The notes beneath the pieces are model-generated. The model had not been told where the DNA came from. It was given only the letters and a program-made list of their open reading frames with translations, and searched no databases. A stretch of DNA of 63,296 nt, filler included, from Rhabdomonas costata (Eukaryota): NCBI GenBank assembly GCA_019059605.1. It is 48 parts of 48 records of this genome, joined end to end, with 100 filler letters (N's around TTAATTAATTAA, not from the genome) between each part and the next. Parts side by side here need not be neighbours in the genome. Positions count along the whole stretch, not along the records: positions 23,801 to 25,022 come from JAHMHO010023050.1; positions 25,123 to 26,344 come from JAHMHO010023051.1; positions 26,445 to 27,666 come from JAHMHO010023052.1; positions 27,767 to 28,987 come from JAHMHO010023053.1; positions 29,088 to 30,308 come from JAHMHO010023054.1; positions 30,409 to 31,614 come from JAHMHO010023055.1; positions 31,715 to 32,933 come from JAHMHO010023056.1; positions 33,034 to 34,256 come from JAHMHO010023057.1; 40 more parts are not named here. One strand, given 5' to 3'. The position numbers and the translations under genes are program-made. Shown piece after piece: positions 24,309 to 37,582 of the stretch; the stretch's first letter is position 1; each line of letters starts with the position of its first letter.

Positions 24309-27300
24309 CTGAAGAGTGAGGAATTTATGGAATGGGTGATTGGCGATGGCCTTCGGGCAATGCGCCGCTATCCTCCAAGAAACTGACTTGAGTGATTACG
24401 GAGGTTCTATCAATCTCAATTTTCCATACCAAAAGTCGCGTTTTTTCATTTCAGCATCGATGATGACGTGGTCTTATCTGGGAGGATGGGCTGACCGGGG
24501 GATGTTTCCCATGCCACCCCCGCGTAATTCCAAATGAGTGAAATCTGCCGCAGTTTTTCACGGCATATAAAAATTTTTGTATGTAAACGTTAGCTATTTT
24601 AGCTATTTCATGTCGTATTTTGCCACACTGTCACTCTATCGCAAATTCTTGATATGGCCCGCGTCACATCAAATCAAGTATTTCGTATCCACCCATTTGA
24701 TCCATGCATCCATCCGGAAAGTTCCTAAAAGTCATGACTACACTTCACACTGCACATTCACAGTGGGGCACCGGGCTCAAACAGGAAAAGTTTCAGTGTA
24801 AAATAATGGGTGCGACGGGTGGGAAATGCGAAAATTCCCTCCTGGAGAAAAACAGACTTGCTTACAGGCGTGCAGGCGTAGGACCTTGGCAGTCCAGCAA
24901 GGCTGGAAGGCACCGCTCCAGATCTCATCCACCAGGCTTGGCAGATTCCAGACCTAACGACAAAGCAGCACCTCAATGGGGCTCCCATCCTCATGAACAG
25001 TTGTGGAGAGTTCACCAACCACNNNNNNNNNNNNNNNNNNNNNNNNNNNNNNNNNNNNNNNNNNNNTTAATTAATTAANNNNNNNNNNNNNNNNNNNNNN
25101 NNNNNNNNNNNNNNNNNNNNNNTATCATATGGTCCTTCGATGTCACCTGCCATTTTTGGTTCGCACCCCACACAGCCATACAAGAGAGGTGTTGTTTTAG
25201 TACGCGACGAGGGCGGGAGAATTATTTCAATTTTGCAGCCATGCGCATTGAAATCCGGGTGCTAAGTGAAGGTTGTGTGGCGTTTGGCGTTTGCGTGGTA
25301 TTTAAAAAACGAGGATTCCCGGTACTGAGTTTACCGTGTAATGCATTTTTACAAAGAAATGCTGCTCTGAAGGCAGACGAATGGGAACCCGCAGAGCCAG
25401 AGTGGTTCAAAAATGCAGTACAGCAATGGGAAACAGGGGCTATTTTCACATTGAGACAAGACAACCGAATCCCATCCCCCATCTGTTACATTTTAGCGAC
25501 CCGACTAGCAGCATTCTTGGATTTCCCATTGCACGCACCGCCCACTACCCGCACGGCACCGCACTACCTTCCGAGGTCTCGCGCTCTTCTCACCGTAAAA
25601 AATAGCGGCCCAAACCAACACCTCCGCGTTATCCCCCTTCTTCTGCCTCCATCCACACAGGATAGGAATGGACAGAAAGAATATGGAATGCAAGCACACT
25701 GCAGAGACTTCAACATTCACGCAGCACCCAACCAACACCGTCATATCAACACGTCAAAAAGAGTTGAATCCGCTTCTACACAAATGGAAAGCAGGAAAAA
25801 GAGAAAAGAGGTTGAAGCGCCCATCGCCCGTCAAGTGTATAGCAAGGATGGGTTGCTCACAATAGCCCGGAACTGCAAGCGCTGCAGGGCTATGCCACCA
25901 CAATCTGTGCAGCCAGTCGAGAAAATATCCCAACTTTGGAAAGTAGGTACTGACTTTCCAGTTTCAACGTTCCAACTTCAGGTTCATCTAACGAGCTGTG
26001 AAGGTGAGGAATTCCGAACGTACAAAAACCGGGCCCACAGGACCCGCCTGCAAAAAGCCACCATGCACTAGGAAAGGCCCTCAGCAACAAATACCTTGGA
26101 CTGGATAAGGCTAGGCACCCAGGGATGGGAAATCAAAGAATTATCAGAGTCAGCTGTGCAGCACCTCTTTGAAGAAATGCCCACAAACCCACCCTCCTGC
26201 AAAAAAAGCAAAGCAACGCAAAGTAAAGCAAACCTCTACACAGCTGCCTGCGAGGTACATCGTGACCACTACCAAGGCGGGCTCCAGAAACACCACGGTC
26301 TCCTCCACCACAGCCTCCCTCACCGTGAACCGCACAAACCACCCNNNNNNNNNNNNNNNNNNNNNNNNNNNNNNNNNNNNNNNNNNNNTTAATTAATTAA
26401 NNNNNNNNNNNNNNNNNNNNNNNNNNNNNNNNNNNNNNNNNNNNCGATGTATTTTTCGGCATAGAAGGTGGATGAGGCAGCGCTAGGCTGTAATGCATTC
26501 GCGAATGAGTGGAGTCCAGAGGTTTGCTTGTATGCAAATCCTCCGTGGAGTTTTTTTGGTGCTGATGAAGATTTGCAGAGATAAAGCGCAAGTGTTGCCA
26601 GTTACGCCAAACTGGACGGACGCACCTTGGTTTCCTCTGTTGAAGGAAATTACAGTGCGTAGGTGTTGAGAGGAGGTAATCTCTATTTGTCAGAGAAGTG
26701 GGAGCTGAGACCCCAGCCAAGGTGGCCGACATTGCTTTAGTACGTGGTAGGTGAAGAAGTTGAGGGGGTAGTGTAACAAGAGGATGTGAATGGAGCTTGG
26801 AGAAATTTGGATTGAGAAGTTGCGGAGCCAGATAGTGGGGCTGTGCAGCAGAAGGATTTTCGGATTTGAGCGAGAGATGTGGTGGCGGAGCAGTTGATAC
26901 CCTTTCTTTCTTGAGAGTGAGCTGGAGAGTCATTTCTTTGTTGTTTCTTTTTCAGGAGTTGCTGGAGAAGAGGATACCCAGAGGAGTTTTTCATCTCATG
27001 GGAGGCTCTACGCGGTCGTTTGTGTATTGCGGACGTGGGGAGGCGAGAGCGTGGTGTAGTAGGGCTTGTGTCAGTGTGTCAGTGCTCAAGTGTGCTGACT
27101 AACTACTCAAGCTTTGAGTGTGTGTAGGTTGAGCAGAGTGGCAATGTCATGAGAGAGAATGGAAGCGAATGATGCAAGCAAGGAAGAGTGCAGCGAGTGA
27201 AGGTGTGAATTCCAGAGCGGATGAGACCAAGAGAAGACAGCGGATGAGATCAAGAGGTGAGGGTAGTACAGTGGATTGCATCGAGCGAGGTTCGAGAGGA

Positions 27301-28469
27301 GAGTTTTTCTCCCAGTTTCTTTTCAGAAGGATCCCGGAGAAGATCGACGGCAGATACGAAGAAGCCCGTGAAGAACAAGGCCGCAGACAGTCAAGGAGAT
27401 CAAGCAAAAGAAGAGAGAGCGAGTAAGGAAAACCAGACCTACGAAAAAAAGTGAGCGCCAGGATCCACGGGGATGCCACGTTTCCTTATATTACGGAAGT
27501 GTAGGTTGATTTGTGATGTTTTTGTGGACATTTGTGCTGGGGTTTGTTGTTGTGCCGCCGCTCCATTCGGAAAGCCAAAGAGGAAGGATGTTAGTGGACA
27601 AATTGGAGGTAGAGTATCATTGGAATTGCTACTGGCCAGCAGGCTACCCATTTCACCCCACCACACNNNNNNNNNNNNNNNNNNNNNNNNNNNNNNNNNN
27701 NNNNNNNNNNTTAATTAATTAANNNNNNNNNNNNNNNNNNNNNNNNNNNNNNNNNNNNNNNNNNNNGGTGTTTGTGGTAAAAATGCACGAAAATTGGGCA
27801 AAACCAAGCATCGTGTTTGAGAAATGGTCCAAAAAAGGCGAAAACGAGCCAAAAAAAGACACACGTGACATTGTTGGCTGAAGTGAAGTATTATTAAAAC
27901 GATTCACAGTACCTAATCACAATATGGAGCAAACAAGATCTGGGAAGCGTTTACCCACAAAATGTGAAATAAATTAATTTATTTCATTTAAATTAATTTA
28001 TAATTTAAACCGATAAGTGTCGTGTAAAATGGTCAAACTCTATCTTCCATTGAAATCAAACATAGCGAGTTAATGTGATGATATTCACATTTTGCAAACT
28101 TCACCTGAATCTGTGACTTCAAAAGTCAATAATTTGCAGACAGCTTTGGGAACAAATTTAGCACTTATTAACTAGTCAGAAGCTCCAGATCCAGAAAATC
28201 AAACAAATACGCCATGTTGACACGATGCTTTTATAATTCCGATCCACGATTGATTACAAGTAGGCAAGGCGGTAGAGTTTGTAGTTGAAATCACACGCCT
28301 CAAACGGTCACAATGGGCAACAACCCGGCAACGTGGGTCATAAAAGAGCCAAAACATGTGACAAACAACCCTACTATTTGGCTCAGGTGCCATTGTTCGT
28401 GAAAGCAAATTATTTCAAAAAAGCTTCATGGTAACTAAGAATTATCAAGATAGAAAAGAATTTGGAATA

Positions 28470-28505
28470 CGTTGACCACGTTGATCACGTTGACCACGTT
28501 GACCA
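28470..28505 (+). repeat. 4 x 9-bp tandem repeat (CGTTGAYCA) just upstream of the gag-like ORF
   Basis: Direct observation; it marks the switch from AT-rich to GC-rich sequence. Confidence 0.9.
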
Positions 28506-28527
28506 CCACGAATCTCGCCTTGGCACC

Positions 28528-28987
28528 ATGGCCGCTGCCTTTCAGGACCTTCAGCGCACCCTCGCATCACAGGTCACTGCCGCCGTCTCGCATGCGCTGA
28601 TGGCGCACGCCCCAACCGCTGCCAGTGCTGCAGAACATGCCCCGAGCGCCACTCGCGGACCCACCGCCATGGAGGCCGACTCCACTCCAGCATGGGAGTT
28701 TAAATCCAACTCCACAGCCATGGATGTCCTGGGCACCATCTACGCCCACCTCCTGTCCACTGGGCAGTCCTCCCTCGCCGCAGACCTGTACAGCGTCCTC
28801 GGAGTCATCGACTACGCCTTCCTCCCGGCCACCCAGGCTGAAGCCTCCGACACAGAGCACGTCTACCAGGCGACACACTCCTGGAAGCGCTGGAATACAG
28901 ACCACCCCACTCCGAGGCCCTGCTACACATGTGGCCAAATGCACTGGGCCAAGGACTGCCACACCAAAGCGCAGAATAAACAACAAA
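28528..28987 (+). mobile_element. Gag-like ORF with a CX2CX3HX4C zinc knuckle, probably from a VIPER/DIRS-type tyrosine-recombinase retrotransposon
   Basis: Intron-free ORF MAAAFQDLQ...YQATHSWKRWNTDHPTPRPCYTCGQMHWAKDC; truncated at the contig end. Confidence 0.6.
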
Positions 28988-31900
28988 NNNNNNNNNNNNN
29001 NNNNNNNNNNNNNNNNNNNNNNNNNNNNNNNTTAATTAATTAANNNNNNNNNNNNNNNNNNNNNNNNNNNNNNNNNNNNNNNNNNNNGGTGTGGGTGTGT
29101 TTGGGGTGTTGGGGTTGCCCCGCTCCAGAGCTTGCAACACCCGCTCCCCGTTGAGGATCCGTAGGGCTTCATCTTTCGCGGTGGCTGCCTTCGCCTCCTC
29201 CTCCGTCACCTCCTCCAATTCAAAGACCTTTTGGGTGTGTCATCGGAGGTGAAGAGGAGTGAGGAGAATCGAAAGTACACTGCACATCGGCGTGGCCCTG
29301 ATCCGCATCGAAGTGTCCGAACCTGATTCGCCGAATAACTCCTGGGCTTATGCCGGTCGCGAAGTGTTTGTGTGTGTGGTGTGGCGTGGCGTGGTGTGGC
29401 GTGGCGTGGTGTGTATTTGAGCCCGCTGTTTGACCAGGGTTGACCAGTCGCTCTGTTGGGGGCAGAAAACTACCAGCGAACTTGTTCGGGCCAAAAGCGG
29501 GACAATTGTATTGGGGGGCATTAAACGTTTTGGACATTGTGGCGATTGGGACAGCATTAGTTTAGGGGTGGGGAAGCCAGCCCGCGGCGCGGTTGGAACG
29601 GACGAATGAGGCTGGAACGTGCTATGAGGGGGTCCTGCAAAATTTTGCCTTTTACTATTTAACGGTGTTAAATGTTTAACGCCCCCCACCCCAAATACAA
29701 CAGCTCCAAAAAACCTCTTACCCAGTCCCAGCCAGCAGCAGCATAAGCGGCGGCGGCACCCTTGCAATGCCCATACACCCCGTCTACTCCGGCTGTCCAA
29801 CCATCGGTGGTTTGCGCTGGTGTCAGTGTGCACTGTGTGTGTGCCGTGTATGAGGACAAATACGAATCGTCGACTTTCCTGCCACGTCAGCGCACACCGC
29901 CACAAGCGAATACGCCCACAGACAGATAACATGAGTCAGAGGGACAGATACCATAGTGCCATCGGAAAAGAAGCGGTCATAAAACGAGGACATGCCTCGA
30001 CGCCGTCCAAGGGACGCCCCAGCTGGCTCTCAAGGAACTTCTTCCCCGCAGGGCCCAACCGCTGCGACACCTTAAACCACGTATTGTACCTGAAAAGCAC
30101 CTCCTGCAAAAAAGCGAAAGAAATGAATGTGACCCAAAGGAGGGAAAGTGATATAATACGGGAGACACCCCGCAAAGTCTCCAAGCCGTATTTGTTTCAG
30201 CTTCGGTTCGGGAACTGCCCCCCTTGCACACCTGTAAAAACCTGTGTGTCCTGTATGCAAACCATATCTGAGTAAAATCCCCCCCGGTTTGTCAATCATG
30301 TGTTCCAGNNNNNNNNNNNNNNNNNNNNNNNNNNNNNNNNNNNNNNNNNNNNTTAATTAATTAANNNNNNNNNNNNNNNNNNNNNNNNNNNNNNNNNNNN
30401 NNNNNNNNGGGGGGTGTGGGGCAGGGCAGACAGGCCCTCAGCGCGCCCTGCGAACAGGCATCCGGTGCGAGCAGAGAGGAGCAAAATGGCAAACCGCAGT
30501 GCACTACGAAAACGCGAAGAAGGGGCATCAAGTGAGATGTACAAAGGATTGCCAAGTGTCAAAACGGCGCTTTTGCTTCCAACTAGGAGCCGCCTCCATC
30601 CTCCTGATGGTCCCCAATTGTTGTCGGTCTCTTAAACCACCAAGTCGGCCAAGCGGAACGTAAGAAGAACCACACGAAAAACCGGCGGGAACACGGATGA
30701 CCATAACCTCCTGAAGAAATAGGTGCGTGGCTTGTTTGCGCATCGCACCAACAATGCTGCCCAGAGCTTGGGGAGAAGTGCTTTCTGCAAGCTCGGGATC
30801 TGCGAGCTGTGCATGAGCTCGCCGGGACGGTCCCCCGATGCCTTCGGAGCGCGAAGCAGAGCCATCACAGCACGTTCCACGGTGTCCTGACCCAGCGAGG
30901 CCTGACGTGCACTGCCGCGCCCATGTTCCCCACTGCTCCCGGGACGTATCTCCACCACACCACCACCACCGCTGTGCTCACAACTTTAGCAGAAGCAAAC
31001 CTTTCATTGCATTCAGGTGCGCCTTGCGACAAATGGTGGTGGCGGGGCTCGTGCACAATGCAAAGTATGCAGAGTAAAACTGAATGGCAGTTTTGGGAGA
31101 ATGCATTTTGGACGTTTCGATACCAGACTGTAGACTTCGAAGACAATTTAAGGAGTTTTCAGGGTTGTCACAGTATAGTCTTTATATTTCTGCTGTAGGA
31201 AACCTGCCATCTGTGAATAAAGGCGATCAACAGTTTGATACCAGCGATTGTCCCTGGCCCTCTCCGCCACTCCAGGGGTGAGACAGAAACAATTCAATAC
31301 TTGAAAGGCTTGTTCAACGCCCGACGTCCACCGAAATTACTACAGCCCTTCCACATGTCACCATATTACATCCTCACTACTTCCTATAAAGGAAAATTAA
31401 GGTGTAACTATATTCCAATATCAAAGCGGATAGCTTCCTTACGCAGCGTGTTCCCCAGCTCAGCTGTAAACGATATGAATCGCTTGCTTCACAATAGCTG
31501 CTGTTGCTGCCGATGCCACCGCGGTCCCCACCATTGTCGCCACCCTGCAACGCCTGCTCCACCAGGAAATTCACAAAGACCTCAACCGCGGCGGAGCGCC
31601 CCGCAACCACCACANNNNNNNNNNNNNNNNNNNNNNNNNNNNNNNNNNNNNNNNNNNNTTAATTAATTAANNNNNNNNNNNNNNNNNNNNNNNNNNNNNN
31701 NNNNNNNNNNNNNNAGAACCGTGGGGGGGGGGGGCGAGCGCTTGGAAAGTACCTTTTGAATTAATTTGCACCTGAATTAATCAGTTTGTCCCTTTTTGTA
31801 CTCTACGCTCATTTTTGACCTTTTTATTTGCGCTCGATGTGGGTGACTGATTTTTGTGCGTGTTCCAAGAAGTGGGAAAATGATACTTGGGGGGGGGGTG

Positions 31901-32518
31901 CCCGTATAATGGGTATTGAAACCGCCCGTACATTTGTCGCGACTTTGGCTGATGTGGTCAAAACGCTGTGGTAACCTTCACAGAAGCTATCTTTAGGGTG
32001 AAAAAAAAGATGAGTAAATAAGCCTCTTGTCTCAGATTTTTACCCTGTAGTCCAGAGAGAGGCAGCATGGAACCTGCCAGCGCATGTCCATCCGCCTGAC
32101 CACAGCTTCGGGACGGAGTTGGTGAACGCTCTGCAACTCTCAAAGTCAAATTGCTTCTTTGTTCCAACTTGAAGGGGTTTGGTGAAATGCTCACGTTCAC
32201 CATTAATTAGGATTGTCAAAACGGCTGTCATCATCACCACCTCGTACTTCCAGGATCCAGGATCTCAGGATCAAGAAAAACAAGAAAAAAGAGAAAGAAA
32301 GAAAAAAGACAAGAAGAGGCTCTCATTCTTTTCTTGTCTTTTTTCCTTTCGCGTACATTTTCTCATCTCAGGAGCACTGACAAAAAGTTTACCGAACCCT
32401 CGTACACTAAAACACCGCTGCTATGTCCATGGGTTTTGGCGACAGAGGCCGAGAGGGGTGGCAGCAGAGGGGTGACAGCAGAAAGCAATGGCATACTCTC
32501 TTTCGCTTTGTCGTTCAG

Positions 32519-32887
32519 CAACATCGTGGAGCACTACCTGGAGCGGAAGGGGGATCCGGACCACCTCCAGCTCTGCCCCGACACGAGTTGTGGCAGCCAC
32601 GGGGCCCCTGTGAAGAATCTTTTCGAGCACTTTCAGCGGTGCCATCACCAAGGCCCAACCTTCCTCCCCCAACCCTCGTCTTCATTTTCGAAAAGGGGTC
32701 GCAAGCGGGCCAAGGCCAAAGCTGAGAGTTAAGCGGTTGGGGAATGCCTGTGGCGCCGCTGCCAACACCTCCGGTGAATGTCTTCCAGCACTGCCCCCTT
32801 TTTGGGACGAATGAGACCTCCTGTGCTTCGAGATGCCCAACATTCAGAGCTTTGGACACCCGCATTCATCTGCGAGAACTGCGGCAG
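32519..32887 (+). CDS. C2H2 zinc-finger protein, exons 32519-32652 and 32848-32887, joined by a GC-AG intron
   Basis: CPDTSC-x12-HFQRCH followed, after the phase-1 join, by ELWTPAFICENCG (start of the next finger). Confidence 0.65.
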
Positions 32888-33041
32888 GTACCGCGCAAAC
32901 CCACGACAGCACTGGGACGGCTTCCAACCCCCCNNNNNNNNNNNNNNNNNNNNNNNNNNNNNNNNNNNNNNNNNNNNTTAATTAATTAANNNNNNNNNNN
33001 NNNNNNNNNNNNNNNNNNNNNNNNNNNNNNNNNTGGTGGTG

Positions 33042-33127
33042 GTGAGTGAGTGAGTGAGTGAGTGAGTGAGTGAGTGAGTGAGTGAGTGAGTGAGTGAGTG
33101 AGTGAGTGAGTGTGTGTGTGTGTGTGT
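33042..33127 (+). repeat. (TGAG)n followed by (TG)n microsatellite
   Basis: Direct observation. Confidence 0.95.
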
Positions 33128-33472
33128 CTGTGTTGGTATGTGCTTGTGCGCACAAGCCACCCACCACCGCCAGTCAACTCTTACGGGCAGGTGCTGGTGG
33201 TTCAACCTGGAAATGTGCTCATTTTCAGGTTGAAACGTCCGATGATACCCGATAACAACCTCGCACGGTGATACTTGGTTTTAAACTTTCTACCACGCAC
33301 AACAATGGCAAGCTTGTGCAACGAGGAAAGACAGACGAACAGACGAGCTGTTGCCCACGGTTGAAGAGGGAAACGTGCTCTTTACATGACGTGGACACCT
33401 CCAGATGAAACCAGATGCTGATTTGGCTGTTGGTTCCACTATAACTCTATAATATAAATATATACACACCAT

Positions 33473-34240
33473 GTGGCGAGTGCTGCTTGTGTGTTCTTCA
33501 ACAAGCTTGATGTCGCAAATTTTTATTGGTCTCTTCTCATCCCGGCCACTGTTTCCGGGTTCTTTTCCTTCCAATCCTCCTACCCGCAGTCTGTGTTTGG
33601 AAAGGAGCTCTGTTGCCATTGGATCTCCAACACACCTGCCCGCGTTGCTCAGGCGCTTCTCCATCTTTGGTTTCTCCGTTGTACTTGCTTTTCACCCGCT
33701 CTCTTCAATGTTTGTTGGGCACACTGCAGTGGCTCTGCTCTCCCTCCAGTGTATCCGAACCTTTTGTTGCTTCTGTGCATGGTCTCCTTCATTCCTCTAC
33801 TCGCCCCTGCCTCCTTCCACGGAACATTTGGCTCACTTCTATTTGTAGTTTCTACTCCCTCGGCCCACTCCACCGGAATCCCTTCCCCCCACCGATATGC
33901 ATAACTCTGCTCTTTTGCGATGCCGCCCCTATTTCGCCCACCACATTTCGCGTTGCTAGCTTTGGGCGGAATTCCTTTGCCACCAGCACGCGCGCTCCCT
34001 CCTGGGTGGACTCTCAACAGACGGCTGAGCTGTATGCTATCTTTCATGCTCTCCGGCAAGCCTCTCTGCGTAGTTTCTCACCTTTGTCTTGTCACAGACA
34101 ATTCCTCTGCCTTCTTCTCCACACTTCACGGCCGCTGCTCTTCGCGCCACTGGGCGCGTGTTCGTATTCTTAGGCGCATCAATCGGATTTGCCTTTCTCA
34201 CAATCTACATTGCAACTGGCGCTCACACCCCTCATACCAT
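33473..34240 (+). mobile_element. Degenerate RT-RNase H of a DIRS/VIPER-like retrotransposon (frameshifted, internally deleted)
   Basis: RT motif A-like KLDVANFYWSL; RNase H acidic triad LFCDAA / QQTAELYAI / LVTDNSSA spread over shifted frames; the YxDD region is missing. Confidence 0.75.
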
Positions 34241-34367
34241 AATCGGCTGACCCCTTNNNNNNNNNNNNNNNNNNNNNNNNNNNNNNNNNNNNNNNNNNNN
34301 TTAATTAATTAANNNNNNNNNNNNNNNNNNNNNNNNNNNNNNNNNNNNNNNNNNNNTTTGCAAGCCC

Positions 34368-34433
34368 TTCAAGCAGGCTGGGACCTACGCAGCACTTACG
34401 GAGCAACAGTGCAAGCACAGCAGCGTTCACAAC
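34368..34433 (+). repeat. Dispersed repeat, first copy at 18239-18304
   Basis: 63/66 identity by eye. Confidence 0.9.
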
Positions 34434-34821
34434 GCACACCAGGAAGGCCTCCAGGCCAGCGCTCCATGCACGGGCCATCGCACCGAGAAGGAAGAGGTGC
34501 CGAATTGGGCAAAGTAACGTCAGTGAACAGAGGTCAATAAAAACCCACCCTGAGCCACACGATGCGAACATTTGGAAATGACTCCGAACCACACTCGCAC
34601 AGGAGTTGTCAGCGTTCTTCAGAAACTGATAATGCCTGTGTCCGGGACTGGGGTCGATATGCTGTTCACTTTCTAAAATACACAGGGAAGAAATGGACGG
34701 CCGCTACACATCACCAGGACTCTCAAGTCATTCAAAATGCCTAGTTCTTCATTGTGCCACGCTACTGCGTCACCGACGTCCCAGCCGAACGTCTCTCGTC
34801 TGGGTTGCCCCCCCCCAGCCC

Positions 34822-35062
34822 TCACTTCCCCACACGCGGCCTCTTGGCCGGCGGCGAGGCTGCAGCAGCGGTGGCAGTGAACTGGTGGCCCTCTGCACCA
34901 CCCACCCGGCAGGATGCCAGGAACTGCTCCTCGGAGAACCACCGCAGCACCGCCTTGGCTTGCAGCTCGTCGAGTTGCGCCGCCACGCTCGCGGCTCGGG
35001 ACTCCACGCAGTTCCCAGTGGGAGGCGGAATCACCAGCAACAGGCTGGTGTCATCGATCCAC
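34822..35062 (-). CDS. Terminal exon of a PARN-like deadenylase (RRM end plus NLS-like tail)
   Basis: CAG acceptor; WIDDTS matches the PARN RRM 'WIDDTSAFV'; C-terminal PPAKRPRV then TGA. Confidence 0.5.
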
Positions 35063-37313
35063 CTGTCGGGGAGCGACAACGTGTAGCAAGGCAACTTTCA
35101 CAATATTTTCTGCACCAGGCCTCTTTTATTTACACTTGGCTTTCCTTTTGCATATTCTTTTTGCGATTCGCAAGCAGTGCTTTCATCATACAAGTCACGG
35201 CACATCAACCACAGGGAAAAGCTCTCGAGGCAGCTACGCACCCCCCCATACACACATTTAGATTTTGGATGGTCTTCATCTACAGACATCTACAGACAGC
35301 AAACGACCCTCCTCACTCAGAGCAAAACTGAAGATTTCCAATACCGCAGCTTCTCTTTTTTGGAGGGGGGATTTTTTCCTCACGTTTTTCCTTAAGTTCG
35401 TACAGGCGGACAGAAGCACTCACTGCAGCTTTGTCCAGGGAAGGATCCACGAAGCTCCTGCACGGCACGCACCTCACGGTGGCCGGGCGATCCCCAGAAG
35501 AGGAAAGGGAGAGCAGAGAAAGGAAGAAAGAAGGGGGGAGAGAAGAGAGGAAAAAAAAAAAAAAAAAAAAAAAAAAAANNNNNNNNNNNNNNNNNNNNNN
35601 NNNNNNNNNNNNNNNNNNNNNNTTAATTAATTAANNNNNNNNNNNNNNNNNNNNNNNNNNNNNNNNNNNNNNNNNNNNTGTTTTGTTGGCCTTTTCCTTG
35701 TTATGTTTTATCAGATTGTTTCATTCATTCCATTATTATTCTCTTACGTCTTTTGTTTTTACTGCTGTGTGGTTACTGCTGTGTGGGTGTGTACTTACGC
35801 TTTAGCCGCTTTGCCGCTTTTATATTACAAAATGATTTCTTCGCATATTTTCCATTCTCCACTTCATCCTGGGCGGTGTGTCCCACACCAGCGGAGGCAC
35901 GTATTAGACAATGTGACCCATCACTAGGACATGGGGCCAAAAGCTGTTGCCGGCGCCTCAGCCGGTGTTTGAGTTACTGAATTCTAGCAGGTGTTTTGAA
36001 TTAGGTGCCCGTACTGCAGCCGCTTGATTATGATAAAATTCCAAGGATAGGTTCCCTCTTCCAACAGAAGCATTGCATGTCAAAGAAAGTGAAATAACTT
36101 AAATCAAAATCTTATATTCTCAAGATTTACACAGTTGACATAAAGAAAATTATTGCACTGGTGGACGCGTTGAATAGATGTATCTTGGTGTACATTTAAC
36201 CGAAATTATCCATTCCTTATGCCACAAAATTTTCCAAAAAGCACGGCCTCCACACACCACGGGTGGTAGTAAAAACGCCACAGCTGTACACTTAGTTGAA
36301 CATCTCCCACAATCTTGTCAAAAATAACACACAGCATGTTGATACCAGACGACAATTTCACGCTTAGGTTGTGTGTTTCTACTCTGAATATGACAACAAC
36401 TCAGCCATTCTATTATTGTTTGTTTCAGATCAGTTGCCAGTGGTCTCTGCTGTGCGTTTTTACGTACACATAACCTCAATTAATTCGCCTGTTTCGTTTG
36501 TGAAAAGAAACGCCCACATCCAAACATGACTTTTAGCCAGATTATCTGCGCAAACAATTCCAAAATAGTGGCATAACTACAGAAATCCGAAATAATTACT
36601 TTGAAGATGAGTAATTATCCAAACAAACGCATTTTAGATAATGAAATCGTCATATTTATCAAATTCAGAGCAAAGTAGATTATTCGTCAGTATCACGGAC
36701 TTCCATTGGCAGGATATTGAGTTATTAATTGCACTGTTTGTTGCTTTGTGTGACAGCATCGAAAATTAGAAGAGGCTTGTTATACACTACTGCAAGACAT
36801 GTGTGGAGTTCTAGCTGGAAAAGGCCCATTTTTAGTAGCAGCTGGATGTGCCCACAAGGCAGTGACATTTACATGGTCTGGACCAATCTGTCAAACATCN
36901 NNNNNNNNNNNNNNNNNNNNNNNNNNNNNNNNNNNNNNNNNNNTTAATTAATTAANNNNNNNNNNNNNNNNNNNNNNNNNNNNNNNNNNNNNNNNNNNNG
37001 TGGTGGGTGGTTGCCGTCACTGGCTGGATAACCGACGTTCGCTGCCAAGAGGTGCGCAGCGCCAGAACACAAGGGCTTGACTGTCCAGGGTAGTGATCCG
37101 GGCGAGTCGCCAGCTTGCTCCACTGCTGCAGCCGTCAACCGCAACCGACCTTTTCATTATGGGATGCCACCAGCGCCCTTGTTCTGTCAGAATGTCTGGC
37201 TGGTGTGTGGAGCTGAAACGACCCACTCGAAACATGTGATGAATGATACCAGGCTTGGTCTGATGCTGCCCTTCTGTCCTTGGTATCCTTTTGGTTCTCT
37301 GTGACTTTATCAG

Positions 37314-37582
37314 ATCAAGGTTGTGAACTGTAGAGTCCATTCTGTGAATCGAAATCCTTCGAGGATCGCCGGGTAGACGTTTGCGCGTGGGCGTCCCTCG
37401 ACACTTTTCTTTTCCATATCCCCTTCCCTCCCCTTTTTTGTCTCAACTTAGGCAACCTGCACCTGAGCCTGAAGCTCCGGTCATTGTCGAGGCAACCTGG
37501 CACGATCCCTCAGACCCCTCCTTTTCTCTTTTCGACAACTTCAAAATTGGAGGGCAGATCGGGCGCGGCTCTCAGGCTTTGG
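37314..37582 (+). CDS. Exons 37314-37372 and 37452-37582, ending in a protein kinase Gly-rich loop
   Basis: Phase-2 join; ...FDNFKIGGQIGRGSQAL(V) fits GxGxxAxV (subdomain I). Confidence 0.55.

Noticed and set aside
25241..26071. Longest ORF in the track (276 aa)
   Set aside because: No recognisable domain or codon bias; probably a chance ORF or the antisense of intron-containing sequence.
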